Shown: positions 1 to 10,171 of the stretch, piece by piece | Position numbering within the stretch: position 1 is the stretch's first letter | Layout: each line of letters starts with the position of its first letter | Source: Syntrophales bacterium | GTDB taxonomy: Bacteria > Desulfobacterota > Syntrophia > Syntrophales > UBA2210 | DNA length: 64,000 bases | Direction of reading: 5' to 3' | NCBI GenBank assembly: GCA_963662405.2 | Contig: CAXXKT010000003.1 | Span: forward strand, 64,001 to 128,000 | Notes under the pieces: generated by a model | Told to the model about the DNA's origin: nothing | Databases searched by the model: none | What the model saw: the letters and a program-made list of their open reading frames with translations, nothing else | Translations under genes and position numbers: made by a program

Positions 1-2666
1 CGGCCTTGCGTTTCAGCCGGATGTGGTGCGGTGGCATGTGGCGTAACCTTCCCGAAAAACCACTGTTCCGCTACAGTCAATATTGCCGGCAGGGCCAGCA
101 GCGTGATGATGCCGGAGAGCATCATAATCGCGAACAGCATCACGCCCATTGTCTTATAGGGTACCAGCGGCGCCACCGTCAGCGGCAGGAAGCCTATTGC
201 TATTACCATTACGTTCCGGCTTATCGCCCGGGCCGGTTCATCGAACATCTTGTCGATTGCTGCTTTCCACGAACCGGTTTCAGTATATTTGCCGAGACCC
301 CGTTGCAGGAAATGAATTGCAAAATCCACCGCCATGCCCAGTGCCAGAACCCCCAGAACCGCAATCGGCAGATCGTAATTTTTACCAACGATGCCGATGA
401 TGCCGTAGATCATTGCAATGGTGATCGTCAACGGCACCATGCACAGCGCCCCCCAACGGAAAGAACGGAACAGAAAAGACATCATAAAGAAAACCACCAC
501 AAAGCTACCGATCAACGATCTGAGCATCGTCGGGATCAATTTATCTTCCAGTACAAGATTGATGTAATGGAGACCGGCCCAGCGGTGGTTCAGTTCGACC
601 GGAGGCGGAACTTTCCTCAAATAATCATCGACCGCCTTGACGGTGGCTTTTATGGCCTTGCTGTCGCCGGTATTCAACTGCATCCAGACATTGGCATTCA
701 TGTAATCCGGGTCAACCATGTGCCACAGATCATGAGGACGGTGACCCTGTTGAAATTGCAGACAGCACTGGGCAACGCCCAGCAGCGTGTCCGGAATGCG
801 GAAGTTTTCGGGCCTTCCATCAATCATTTCCTGATGGACCTTGCAGACCGCATCCGCAACGGATGTGGTCTTTCCAACCCATCCGCTTTCCTCCATATGG
901 CGCTGCAATGTGGTCACGTACCTCAAAACCTCGGGACGTTTGAATACTTTCAGCTCCTCTTTCTTCACGCCGATGCAGTTTCTCAACTCGTCATACGCAT
1001 AGAAATCGTCATCGGAGGCATTCCCGGACCTTTGATCGATATGATCTTCTATCGAATTCAGAAGGTCTTCATACGTCCGGCTCTTCTCGGCCAGTCCCGG
1101 GATAACCCCCGCAATCTCCTTTGCCAGTTCCGGGGCATTCCTGAATTCCGCTTTTATCTTGTCGGCAGTAATTGCCAGACCCCGGGAAATTTCCTGCACA
1201 TCTTTGTCGTCGAATGTATCAGGTTTTTGACCTTCCAAGATCAAATAGGCCGTATAGGTTCCGTCGAGGTGCTTGTTCAAGGCAATATCGGCTTCACGGA
1301 TGGGGTGCCCTTTCGCAAAGCGTTTGGCATAGTTATCGTTGACCTGGATCTTGGTGGTTCCCCAGATTGCAACGGCAACCACGATTGCCAGAATCCAGAG
1401 AACCGGTTTTGCGTGTTTATAAGTGAGATCCCCAACTGCATGTAACATCTTGGCCATATGGCTCCGGGTATCTTTCCCCCGTTCATACATGCCGAAATTC
1501 TGCAATCTTTTTTCGGGGATCATCATGATATATGCGGGGACGAAAATCACGGTGTAAAGCCAGGCGATCACAACACCGATACTGAGGAAAGCGCCGAAGA
1601 TCTGAGCCGGCGGGATAGGTGTAAATATCAGCGAAGCAAAACCTGCGGCGGTGGTCAACGATGTATAAAAGATGGGAACAAAGAGGGTATCCATAACATC
1701 TCGTATGGTTTCTGTACGCCCTCTTTCTATCGTATAGACATCAAAAAAATCGGACAGGATGTGTATTGAGCTGACGGCGCCGATGCACATCAGAAAAATG
1801 GGGATCATTGAACTCAGGATGTGAATCTGGAATCCGAGGGCGATCATTAAACCCATGGTGGACATGACCGAAACCATCGCAATGATCATCGGCATGATTA
1901 CCAGACGCCATTTACGGAAAAACACCCACAACAGGAAAAAGATAACCGCCATGGCCAGTGGCGATCCGACAGCCATCTGGGAAAACATTTCCACCCCGAT
2001 AGCAACTTCGGCAACCGGCGCACCGGCGATATGATATTCTTCATCGCCGTCCATCTGTTCTATCTTTTTGTTCAATTCATTGCAGATGCGGTAACTCAGG
2101 TGCTTGTCCGTCAACGGCAGGTATATGCACATCACCGTACCATCTTTTGAAAACATCCTGCCCACGAGCATCTGGTTTGAAAATGCTTTTTCCCGAATGG
2201 CTCGGGCCTCCTCTCTGGTATCCGGCGGTTTGGACATGAGCCATTCGAACGTGATCTCTCCGGGCCTTCCCTGGCTCATATGATCTGCCAGCGACGGAGC
2301 AAGCATATCCGCCTCGATGACGCCGGAGAAACGATCGGGATGCTCTTCATCGGGCCAGCGAAGTGTCTTTGCAAATTCGGTCAGTTCATACACGCGCTGT
2401 AACGTCACCGGATTGAAAACGCCGTCCGGATCGTGTTTGTTCACGATTCCCAGCACGACGGTTTCACTGAGGGCGAACTGTCTTTTGCTCTCATTATGAA
2501 ATACGCGGTGGGGATCGTTTTTCGGAATCATGTTTTCAGGATCCGTATCGACCTCTGCCAGCGGGAAGAATGTACACATGGCAATGGTGAACAGCACCAT
2601 TACCAATGTGGCGATTTTGTAATGGTTGATTGAGAAATTGATTAACGCAGTTTTAAAACGTTTCAT
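1..2666 (-). CDS. MMPL/RND-family exporter (3' end runs just off the window)
   Basis: Absent from the ORF track because it has no stop inside the window. Partial manual translation from ATG at 2666: MKRFKTALINFSINHYKIATLVMVLFTIAMCTFFPLAEVDTDPENMIP... Later TM blocks include SSIHILSDFF, YTSLTTAAGFASL and GIITLLALPAIL, typical of MMPL proteins. Confidence 0.85.
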   Translation of the reverse strand, partial: MKRFKTALINFSINHYKIATLVMVLFTIAMCTFFPLAEVDTDPENMIPKNDPHRVFHNESKRQFALSETVVLGIVNKHDPDGVFNPVTLQRVYELTEFAKTLRWPDEEHPDRFSGVIEADMLAPSLADHMSQGRPGEITFEWLMSKPPDTREEARAIREKAFSNQMLVGRMFSKDGTVMCIYLPLTDKHLSYRICNELNKKIEQMDGDEEYHIAGAPVAEVAIGVEMFSQMAVGSPLAMAVIFFLLWVFFRKWRLVIMPMIIAMVSVMSTMGLMIALGFQIHILSSMIPIFLMCIGAVSSIHILSDFFDVYTIERGRTETIRDVMDTLFVPIFYTSLTTAAGFASLIFTPIPPAQIFGAFLSIGVVIAWLYTVIFVPAYIMMIPEKRLQNFGMYERGKDTRSHMAKMLHAVGDLTYKHAKPVLWILAIVVAVAIWGTTKIQVNDNYAKRFAKGHPIREADIALNKHLDGTYTAYLILEGQKPDTFDDKDVQEISRGLAITADKIKAEFRNAPELAKEIAGVIPGLAEKSRTYEDLLNSIEDHIDQRSGNASDDDFYAYDELRNCIGVKKEELKVFKRPEVLRYVTTLQRHMEESGWVGKTTSVADAVCKVHQEMIDGRPENFRIPDTLLGVAQCCLQFQQGHRPHDLWHMVDPDYMNANVWMQLNTGDSKAIKATVKAVDDYLRKVPPPVELNHRWAGLHYINLVLEDKLIPTMLRSLIGSFVVVFFMMSFLFRSFRWGALCMVPLTITIAMIYGIIGIVGKNYDLPIAVLGVLALGMAVDFAIHFLQRGLGKYTETGSWKAAIDKMFDEPARAISRNVMVIAIGFLPLTVAPLVPYKTMGVMLFAIMMLSGIITLLALPAILTVAEQWFFGKVTPHATAPHPAETQG

Positions 2667-2691
2667 ATGTTTTACTCCGGCGCCCATAATA

Positions 2692-2706
2692 GTTAAGCAG
2701 CTTAAC
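2692..2706. promoter_or_regulatory. Palindromic operator GTTAAGCAGCTTAAC (putative MarR site) upstream of the MMPL gene
   Basis: Perfect 7-1-7 inverted repeat 25 bp upstream of the ATG. A near copy (GTACAGGAGCTTAAC) lies at 3210-3224 upstream of the marR gene. Confidence 0.7.
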
Positions 2707-2722
2707 CTTTAAGGCAAAAAAA

Positions 2723-3199
2723 TTATTCCCTTGCCCGATTCGAAAGGCGTTGTTCCATTATACCGCCCAGTGCCTCCAGAAGAACCGACACGGTGGCAAT
2801 CTGTGAAAGGGAAAACGCACCCAGCCGTTCAATCAGATCGGTCATATCCTTTCCATGAAAACGCTCGTGCGCCCTAAATGCCTCCCATCCCAGAGGCGTG
2901 AGAGACAACTCAAATTCTTTGTTGCTTTGGGGGGATTGTTTCTTTAACAAAAATCCTCTCTTCGTCAACTTGGAAACCATCTGAGAGGCGGCGCTTTTTG
3001 TGATGCCGAAATAAGATGCCACCTTTGTCACACTGCTCGGCTCGTTTTCACCTATTGCTTGGATGGTATGAGCTTCCCGAGTCGTTACTTCCTGCCCCTC
3101 GCGGATCGGTATGGGCATTTCCTCGGTACGCGCATACATGTCCGAAACTTTCAAAAATTCCCGAATTGTAGCCTTGATGAGGTCTTCCTTGGTTTCCAT
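2723..3199 (-). CDS. MarR-family transcriptional regulator
   Basis: Winged HTH signature: EAHTIQAIG...SVTKVASYFGITKSAASQMVSKLTKRGFLLKKQSPQSNKEFELSLTPLG. ATG at 3199 preferred over the TTG start. Confidence 0.9.
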   Translation of the reverse strand: METKEDLIKATIREFLKVSDMYARTEEMPIPIREGQEVTTREAHTIQAIGENEPSSVTKVASYFGITKSAASQMVSKLTKRGFLLKKQSPQSNKEFELSLTPLGWEAFRAHERFHGKDMTDLIERLGAFSLSQIATVSVLLEALGGIMEQRLSNRARE

Positions 3200-3200
3200 G

Positions 3201-3235
3201 GACAATATAGTACAGGAGCTTAACTATATTGTCAA
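3201..3235 (-). promoter_or_regulatory. Sigma70-type promoter of marR overlapped by an autoregulatory inverted repeat
   Basis: Minus strand reads TTGACA-17 nt-TACTAT-7 nt-ATG. The inverted repeat GACAATATAGT...ACTATATTGTC spans the promoter. Confidence 0.65.
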
Positions 3236-3327
3236 GAAAAAACAACTGAGTTGTAAGATATTTCTTTCATAAATAATCCCCCTGTTTTCTACCAATAGTA
3301 CTATTCATGTGACCGCTGTCCGTGTGT

Positions 3328-5697
3328 TCATTTATTTTCCCCTCCGAACGGTTTAGTTAACAAGATTAGCGTCGGTGTCATCAGGTAATCGATGATTAGC
3401 GCAGTCATTAAGCCTATCGATGCCAGCAAGCCGATCCGGGCCAAATTTGCTACAAGCGAAAACATGTACATGGCAAATGTTGCAGACAGGATGATGGTCG
3501 TCATGGCCAGGGTTTTCCCAACTGTCTTAAACGAGGCAAGAATCGCCTGTTCATAATTGCCGCGTAGCTCGAATTCATATTTGATATGGTTGATGAAGTG
3601 GATCGTATCGTCCACCGCGATACCTAATAGCATGGGCATCATTGTCATGGTCATCATGTCAAGTGGAGATTTAAGATAGCCCATGTAGCCGCCGAGTACG
3701 ATGAGCGGCGAGATGTTGGGAATCATCCCGATCAAGCCGGTTTTCAGGCTGCCGAAGACAACGATTAGCAAAACACCGATTGTCAACAGCGCCACTGACA
3801 GCGATTTAAGCTCGCCGGTAACGATTTTTTTGTTCAACTCGGCAAACTGTATCGCACTACCGACGATGCTGACCTTCGCGCCGGGAAAACGTTCCCTGGC
3901 GATTCGCCGAATCGTATTTATCTCGTTGACCATTTCATTGGCATCAAAATTCATAATCCGCACCTGGGCGCGCAGCATAGAATAATCTTCATCGATCCAG
4001 CGAAATGTTTTAGTCCCACCGGAAAGTTCATACAAAAACAGGAGTTGAGCAATGAGCGCGCGACTGTCCGGAACCCGGTAATAAGAAGCACTGTCGCTGT
4101 GAAACGTTTGGTTTATATCCTTGAGAATATCCAAAATCGAGAACACCGCCGAGGCGCTTTCATTTTTTTTGGTCAATTCAAAAGTCCCGACGGTATCAAG
4201 CAAGGCATCAAAATTTTTCATAACCACCGGATCTTTAATTGCATCTGCTTCTTCATAATCGATAGTGATATTATATGTGAAATACGATCCAAGCTGAGAA
4301 TGGGCGATTTCGTACAAACGATTCACATAAGGAATTTTAGTGCCCATAAAACGAAAGACATCCATGTTTACACTTATTTTAAAAACACCGGGAATGAGCA
4401 CGAGCAGACAGATGGATGTTATAAACAGGGAAATACCTTTTCGTTTCAAAATCAGGACACCCAATTCCGACATCCAGCGGTCGAAGAAGGATTCTTTTAT
4501 TATTGTATCTACTGCTGCGACCTCGCAATCCTTGCCAAAACTCATCATAACGGGAATCAGAGTGATAACAAACAGGTAATCGGCGAACACCACGGCAGCG
4601 CAGGTAAATCCCAGCCATTGGATTGTCATAATGCCGGCAGAGGCAAATGACATGACAGATCCGATGGTGGTTATCGCAGTGAAAAAAATCGGCCAGCCGG
4701 TTTCTTCCACAGCGGAGATTATCGAAGCTTTGCGTTTCCCTGTTTGTTTGAAAAATCTCTTAAATGCATTAACAATATGGATTGAGTAGCCCACGGAAAG
4801 CGCCATGCCCAGCAGGATCGGCAGAGTCATCATATTGGAATCAACACCAATTCCCAGCAAGCCCATAATGCCAAATACAACAATGATTCCCATAATGGTG
4901 GTAAAGATCGGAACAAAAACCCCGGCAAAGGATCGCAGAAAAATGATTAACAGAATTATCATCACTACAAAGCCTGATAGAACCCGGGTCATTGTTTCTT
5001 TGCCGAAAAAATCCCGCTCTTCGGTTTCAGAGTAAGGCATTCCGGCGGCTTTGAGCGTGTAACGATCACTTTTCCATTTCGGATCAGTCACGATGGAAAT
5101 GGCTGCTTCACCGACCTGGAACATAGGATCTGTATCGGTTACTTTTTTCCATTCTTCTGGTTCAGGGTATTCCAGCAATTCTAGCGATATCCAGGTTTCC
5201 GTGCAATCCTCCGATACCAGCTTGTTAACAACAGATGTCCGTGACAAAATGAGCTTTCGTATCTCTTCGATTTCGGCAGGATCATCGGGGATACCCTCTT
5301 CAAAAGGATTCATGATGCAGATGGCATCTTCAGTCCCAACAGAAATTTCCAGTTCTGTCAGGGAGGTCACTTCATCGGCATACGGGACTTTTTCCAGTAA
5401 TTCATCACCAAGTGCTTTGATGGCTTTCAGTACTTCGGGGTGAAATACATCATTCCCCTGGACAAGGATACCGATAGTATCATTATTGCCAAATTGTTCT
5501 TCGAATTTTTCAGTCGCAATTTCTATAGCTTCTGTATCGTCAAACCAGCTATCACGATCGTTTTTCATTGTTATTTTATTAAGGCCTGTTATTCCAGACG
5601 CTGTCAGGAGAAGCGCGAGAAAAATAAACATCCAGCGATGATTAATTTGAAAAACACCCATTTTTCTAAAAAAACTATTAACTTGTTGAATTTTCAT
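3328..5697 (-). CDS. MMPL/RND-family transporter
   Basis: 789 aa with two repeats of TM cluster plus periplasmic loop; GIAVDDTIHF motif. Confidence 0.9.
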   Translation of the reverse strand: MKIQQVNSFFRKMGVFQINHRWMFIFLALLLTASGITGLNKITMKNDRDSWFDDTEAIEIATEKFEEQFGNNDTIGILVQGNDVFHPEVLKAIKALGDELLEKVPYADEVTSLTELEISVGTEDAICIMNPFEEGIPDDPAEIEEIRKLILSRTSVVNKLVSEDCTETWISLELLEYPEPEEWKKVTDTDPMFQVGEAAISIVTDPKWKSDRYTLKAAGMPYSETEERDFFGKETMTRVLSGFVVMIILLIIFLRSFAGVFVPIFTTIMGIIVVFGIMGLLGIGVDSNMMTLPILLGMALSVGYSIHIVNAFKRFFKQTGKRKASIISAVEETGWPIFFTAITTIGSVMSFASAGIMTIQWLGFTCAAVVFADYLFVITLIPVMMSFGKDCEVAAVDTIIKESFFDRWMSELGVLILKRKGISLFITSICLLVLIPGVFKISVNMDVFRFMGTKIPYVNRLYEIAHSQLGSYFTYNITIDYEEADAIKDPVVMKNFDALLDTVGTFELTKKNESASAVFSILDILKDINQTFHSDSASYYRVPDSRALIAQLLFLYELSGGTKTFRWIDEDYSMLRAQVRIMNFDANEMVNEINTIRRIARERFPGAKVSIVGSAIQFAELNKKIVTGELKSLSVALLTIGVLLIVVFGSLKTGLIGMIPNISPLIVLGGYMGYLKSPLDMMTMTMMPMLLGIAVDDTIHFINHIKYEFELRGNYEQAILASFKTVGKTLAMTTIILSATFAMYMFSLVANLARIGLLASIGLMTALIIDYLMTPTLILLTKPFGGENK

Positions 5698-5880
5698 GCA
5701 CTACTCCTTCACTGTGTTCTGTCTTGCCTTGGAAGTATGGGCTCTCTTTTCCTCGTTTCCACTTTTAAAGAGGAGCGTCAGGACCGGAAAGGGTACGCTA
5801 CGGTTGCTTTTTCGGGCAATGGATGCACGTAGTCGCGGCGCCTCATGCACGAAGGTATGTTCCCGGTCGCTGTTCTCCTT

Positions 5881-7143
5881 TTAAAAACTGTACCGCACCT
5901 TGACCCATGTTTGGGTATTGTCCCGGTATTGTCCGAACGTTCCATTCTCCGGGCCGTAAAAAACATCGGCCCCGGCCAGCAGATGAAAATTGTCCGTCAG
6001 GGCGTATTCTGCTTTCAGGCGGTCGAAAACTGAATCGTCATCCACGCGGTAATAGAACATATTGGAGAGGGTCAGCGTCTGGCGAAGCAGTTTTTTAGAA
6101 ATATTCAGCGTCACCATCGGAGAGTGCTCGGAATCGGACAGAGTCGGTTCGTAATCAAAAATGGTGGCCCCGGTCAATTGGGCAATCACGGTCCAGTCGT
6201 GGCCTGGGTTCCAGTCAACCCCCAAAAGCCATTTAATCGCATCCTTCTTAAGTGGATTGTCGGTGATCCCCTTTGTTTCATAGTGGCACCCCTTGTAATA
6301 GGCCGCTTCTCCCCGAAACACGAACTCGGACCAGGGCCTCGAAAATTCGAGCCCGAAAACGGTGAGACGGTGATGTTCGGGGGCTAGACAGACAAGGGTT
6401 ATCTCCCCGTCGCTTTCGACATGGCGATACCGGGTCGGATAGTCGTTCCAGGTGTAAAAGACCGAGGCCGCGGCATCTATACCGGAAAAGAAAGCAGATA
6501 CCTTCAGGGCGATTTCACTGTTTCCCAGGGATGTAGCGGGTGTGAGCGCCTCTGCCGAAGTGATTTGAACATCTTTGGGCAGATCCGATTGGAGCGCCCA
6601 GGGATTGTCCCCGCTCGGCTGGACAGCCGCTTTAAAAACCGGTATCCAGATCAGCTCCGTGTCGATGTGCTTTCCCAGAAGCCTGAACTTTACGGCATCC
6701 ACCGGCATGCGGATTTCATCCAGATCACGGGTTACGTATTCAATATAATCAGGCGGCGATATGATATCGGTGATCTGGACCCCGTCGGCCTTGCCCCATA
6801 TGATGGTCTGGCGTCCGAGCCTCATATCCCAGCCCTCGGCGGCATATTCCAGCCACGCCTCGTGCCGGTCAAATCCTGTTTCTTCAGAAATTTCCCAGTT
6901 TCTTTCCGCATCCACGGAAACAAAACCGAAAAAATCGCCCAAATCGGCCGAAAGCTTCAGACGTCCCCACTGGCGCGAGGTGAGCGGTTCATGAGGCGAC
7001 GCCACCCGCATCGATTGGATCGTCTCGACCCACCCTGAAAGCGCAAAACGATCGGTCCAACCGGTTCCTTCAGCACCGGCTGCCGGCACGCAGCCGAGCA
7101 TGACTGCTGCCAGCCACATCCAAAAATGCCGTGCTTTCATCAT
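5881..7143 (-). CDS. Outer-membrane beta-barrel protein (DUF1302-like)
   Basis: Signal peptide, LGRQTIIWGKADG motif and C-terminal YSF. Sits between LolA-like and MMPL genes, the usual context for this family. Confidence 0.7.
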   Translation of the reverse strand: MMKARHFWMWLAAVMLGCVPAAGAEGTGWTDRFALSGWVETIQSMRVASPHEPLTSRQWGRLKLSADLGDFFGFVSVDAERNWEISEETGFDRHEAWLEYAAEGWDMRLGRQTIIWGKADGVQITDIISPPDYIEYVTRDLDEIRMPVDAVKFRLLGKHIDTELIWIPVFKAAVQPSGDNPWALQSDLPKDVQITSAEALTPATSLGNSEIALKVSAFFSGIDAAASVFYTWNDYPTRYRHVESDGEITLVCLAPEHHRLTVFGLEFSRPWSEFVFRGEAAYYKGCHYETKGITDNPLKKDAIKWLLGVDWNPGHDWTVIAQLTGATIFDYEPTLSDSEHSPMVTLNISKKLLRQTLTLSNMFYYRVDDDSVFDRLKAEYALTDNFHLLAGADVFYGPENGTFGQYRDNTQTWVKVRYSF

Positions 7144-7940
7144 CAGCGGATACGGCCGCGCTGGATCGCCGAGACCCTGAAGAGGCTGTCTTTGAGGGCG
7201 GTATTATACTGAACGGAGTTGATCTTCAGCACGGTTTTATGGGACCGGGAAATGTTATCCATCTCCGAGTGAAATACCGTCCAAAACCCGCCTGCTTTTT
7301 TAAATGTCAGGGCACGGTAGATTTTCAGCAGGCCGTTCTTGTCGTAATATTCGGACTTTAGCACCAGATGAGCTGTTTTATTGACCCAGATGATCTTGCG
7401 GGTATACATGTCCTTCGGATCAACAGGTATTGATTCAACTTTCCAGCAGGCGTGACCACCCACATTTTCCTCGCCTAGCAGGGTATGCGTATCCTCCTCC
7501 ACGTTGCGGTCACCCATATCGTCATAGGTAAAATCGCTGCCCATGAAATACTCGTTTCTGGAAGAGCCGCTGATGCGGCGGACCTTTTTCAGGGCCGGCA
7601 TATAGAGCCATTTGTCGTCTTCCCGGGCAGGATCATCATATTCCCAGGATAAAAATGCTGTACCTTTCACATCCGCAGGTTTCTCGAATACCATGACCGA
7701 CTTTTTGTCCTTGCCAAAGTCCTTGGAAAAACTCTTAACTTCACGAATCCGCTGCTGGCCGCGCTTGTTGATCAGGGTCATAGTGAGTACGGACCGGCGG
7801 TCATCTCCGTCAGGCCGTTCATCTACTATGGTCATGATCTCCTTGCCGGACATCTCCTGTCCTTGAGCCTGAAGGACCACCGCCAGGAACACAGCCAGTG
7901 TCAAGAATGCTAACTTTAAAGTGCGTATCCGTACCATCAT
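7143..7940 (-). CDS. Outer-membrane lipoprotein-sorting protein (LolA-like)
   Basis: Signal peptide; PADVKGTAFL, WLYMPALKKVRRIS and FMGSDFTYDD motifs. Confidence 0.9.
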   Translation of the reverse strand: MMVRIRTLKLAFLTLAVFLAVVLQAQGQEMSGKEIMTIVDERPDGDDRRSVLTMTLINKRGQQRIREVKSFSKDFGKDKKSVMVFEKPADVKGTAFLSWEYDDPAREDDKWLYMPALKKVRRISGSSRNEYFMGSDFTYDDMGDRNVEEDTHTLLGEENVGGHACWKVESIPVDPKDMYTRKIIWVNKTAHLVLKSEYYDKNGLLKIYRALTFKKAGGFWTVFHSEMDNISRSHKTVLKINSVQYNTALKDSLFRVSAIQRGRIR

Positions 7941-8016
7941 TTTATTCCTTCCCTGTCTAATGGTCTTCCTGTATCTTCCATATTGTTGTCTATCATCGTT
8001 ATTACCTTTCTGCCGG

Positions 8017-8060
8017 GCACCTACACGGCGTTCTCAAAGATGCAGCAAAATTAACTTCCC
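8017..8060. repeat. About 44-bp imperfect direct repeat, second copy at 13985-14028
   Basis: gcacctacacggcgttctcaaagatgcagcaaaatt versus gcacctacacagcaatctcaaagagacagcagaatc. Both copies lie upstream of minus-strand genes. Confidence 0.6.
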
Positions 8061-8084
8061 GATCTATGACATCGCTTCAGCAGG

Positions 8085-8325
8085 ATCGGACATCTTGATA
8101 GTCGGCCAATGTCTTTTGAACCGCTAATGTATCCCCTGTCATTACAATGAGTTCTGGATTGGTTGTAATCAAACAGAGACCTCAAGATTAACTTAACTCC
8201 TTTCTCCAAACCATGTAATGTGCTTTGTCGGGTTTGCCACTGGCCGGTTTGAAGGTATCACTACATTAATGTATCCCCGGTTTGTCAGTAAAAATTGGCC
8301 CGAGTATCCGCCGGGAGATTCCCGC
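8085..8325 (-). pseudogene. Degenerate fragment paralogous to the solute-binding protein at 15629-16651
   Basis: Manual translation: ESPGGYSGQFLLTNRGYINV /frameshift/ DTFKPASGKPDKAHYMV..*..*..LITTNPELIVMTGDTLAVQKTLADY. Intact paralog: EAPGGYADRFLLSKLGCINAGDAFKPDDGKPTKGHYMV...LIAADPDAIVMTGDTFAVQKAMADY. Confidence 0.85.
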
Positions 8326-8407
8326 TGGGAAATTAAAAAGATCGGATTGAGACAAAAAAACATAAACAATCATCGCGAAAGCCCCTATTTCTCCAGGCAC
8401 GAAAGTG

Positions 8408-8875
8408 TCACCTTTTTTTAGATATTTTCGGAATAAGAAACACCAGTATTGCCGCAATAATGACAATAATAATGAGTACCGGTATCGATACGGGAATTCC
8501 GCTCGCATCCGATTTTTCCGCCGGTTGCAGCGAAGCCGCTTCAATATTCTTCGTAAATCCGCTAGGCGGAGCTGGCCCGTCTTTTACTACTCTATGCCCC
8601 GGGCCACCATCGAAAACAAGGTAATAGGGTTCCGTCGGAATCTCTATCTCAATGGTGCTGGACTCGGGAAATTTCTGATGCGACAGGATCGTCCCTTCAA
8701 GTTTGTTTTTGACATAGAGATCAACACCCACAGCCCCTGTGCCGGTAGAAAAATCGCCTTTTACAGTCAATGTTCCATCTTCATTATCCTGCAGCATCAT
8801 CAGCGGTGTATGCGCGAAAGCCGGCACTGCTACGATAAAGAGTATTAATAAAAAAGGAAAAACGGAATTTTTCAT
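8408..8875 (-). CDS. Secreted, C-terminally membrane-anchored protein (HTPL... family; paralog of 39068-39391)
   Basis: Signal peptide AFA|HTPLMMLQDNEDGTLTVKGDFSTG...FDGGPGH, then a C-terminal TM helix and basic tail. Confidence 0.75.
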   Translation of the reverse strand: MKNSVFPFLLILFIVAVPAFAHTPLMMLQDNEDGTLTVKGDFSTGTGAVGVDLYVKNKLEGTILSHQKFPESSTIEIEIPTEPYYLVFDGGPGHRVVKDGPAPPSGFTKNIEAASLQPAEKSDASGIPVSIPVLIIIVIIAAILVFLIPKISKKR

Positions 8876-8889
8876 ACGATCACCAACCC

Positions 8890-9315
8890 TCAATCAAAGG
8901 TCTTTAGCAACTTGAATGACCATATAACAGCCAGAATGCCGGGAACCATCTGCAGAATGAATGTCGTACCGCCGTTCAGGATATCACCCTTTGCAATATG
9001 GACAATGGAATGGAGTCCGTTCAGGAGCATGACCACAAGTGCAAGGATTGTCAGGATTCTCCATCCCGTTTTCCCTTTGATCACAAAAGCCATGAACGCT
9101 GGGGCAATAGTGATTACAGCAAAAACGAACATCATGATCTGGGTCGAAGGTTGCTTCATCATCTCGGCAATTTCAGTAAGCATCTTTGGATCCATTCCAT
9201 GGGCAAGCAAATTGTGTAGAACCGAATGCATAATGTAACCCAAAAAGCTGAGTGTATATAAGCCGCCAATCTCAAGTCTCCTCACATCATTGTAAAATAA
9301 TTTTGAATTGTCCAT
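8890..9315 (-). CDS. Hypothetical 4-TM membrane protein
   Basis: Four hydrophobic segments with several His residues (MHSVLHNLLAH, GLHSIVH); GGAGG RBS. Confidence 0.7.
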   Translation of the reverse strand: MDNSKLFYNDVRRLEIGGLYTLSFLGYIMHSVLHNLLAHGMDPKMLTEIAEMMKQPSTQIMMFVFAVITIAPAFMAFVIKGKTGWRILTILALVVMLLNGLHSIVHIAKGDILNGGTTFILQMVPGILAVIWSFKLLKTFD

Positions 9316-9441
9316 TTCTTCCTCCAAACCACCTAGTGTTTGATGATGCTAACTTTATTTAGCCCTTCTAATCAAAATACATCGCTGATGTCAATAAAAT
9401 AATGTGGCTGTGTTCCTACTTGATAACGGGCGGCATTGATG

Positions 9442-9455
9442 TTAGATTTATCTAA
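9442..9455. promoter_or_regulatory. Putative DtxR-family operator TTAGATTTATCTAA
   Basis: Matches the palindrome upstream of feoA (TTAGATCGATCTAA at 42365). Confidence 0.55.
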
Positions 9456-9691
9456 GAATGATATAAAAAACTAAAAATTGTACGGCGTGTTGCACCAGAA
9501 AATAAAACGATTGTTACACGTCGTGTGAAAATCTGAAATATTTAATGGGAAAGACTGAAAATGAGTCCGAAATTTGAAATATGGAAGACAAGGGTAAACA
9601 ATCTGCCTCAGCCCGAGTCCGATTTTGAGAAATGGTTGTTTGTAAGCATAGCAAGTGTATTGCTTGGAGGCAAATCCGGTTAATTGTTAAT

Positions 9692-10141
9692 TTATCGCCG
9701 CTTGTCCGCCATTTTTTCGATATTGATCAGAAAATCCTCGATGACTGTGATTTTTTCGTCCGTCATACGCTTGAGATATTCATTCAATTCATCGTCGATT
9801 TCTTCATGATATTGCTCGTGGGCATAATAGGCTACCTTGCCTTTATTCGTCAGTTCCGGCACCATCTTCAGGCTGTGCCCCGGGTCCCCCATCTTCTTGA
9901 TCAGGCCCTTTTTTTCCAGTTTGGCGGCGACCTGGGAAACCGCTCCCCTTGTGATACCGGCGGATCGTGCCAGCTCGGAGATATGCACCCCCGGGTTGTT
10001 GCCGATCAGCATGATCATATGGATTTCAGACGGGTGCAGTAGCTCGTCCATACCGTAATGACGGGCTTTTTTTTCGTTCCGGGCGAATTTGTTGAATACC
10101 CGCAGCAGGGTTTCGCCCAATTGTATCACTCGCTTATCCAT
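9692..10141 (-). CDS. MarR-family transcriptional regulator
   Basis: LHPSEIHMIMLIG...ISELARSAGITRGAVSQVAAKLEKKGLI...ELTNKG. Confidence 0.9.
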   Translation of the reverse strand: MDKRVIQLGETLLRVFNKFARNEKKARHYGMDELLHPSEIHMIMLIGNNPGVHISELARSAGITRGAVSQVAAKLEKKGLIKKMGDPGHSLKMVPELTNKGKVAYYAHEQYHEEIDDELNEYLKRMTDEKITVIEDFLINIEKMADKRR

Positions 10142-10171
10142 GTCCTCTGTCTATGATAACTGAAATATATG

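Noticed and set aside
6..1445. 479-aa plus-strand ORF
   Set aside because: Antisense shadow of the minus-strand MMPL gene (1-2666); no recognisable motifs.
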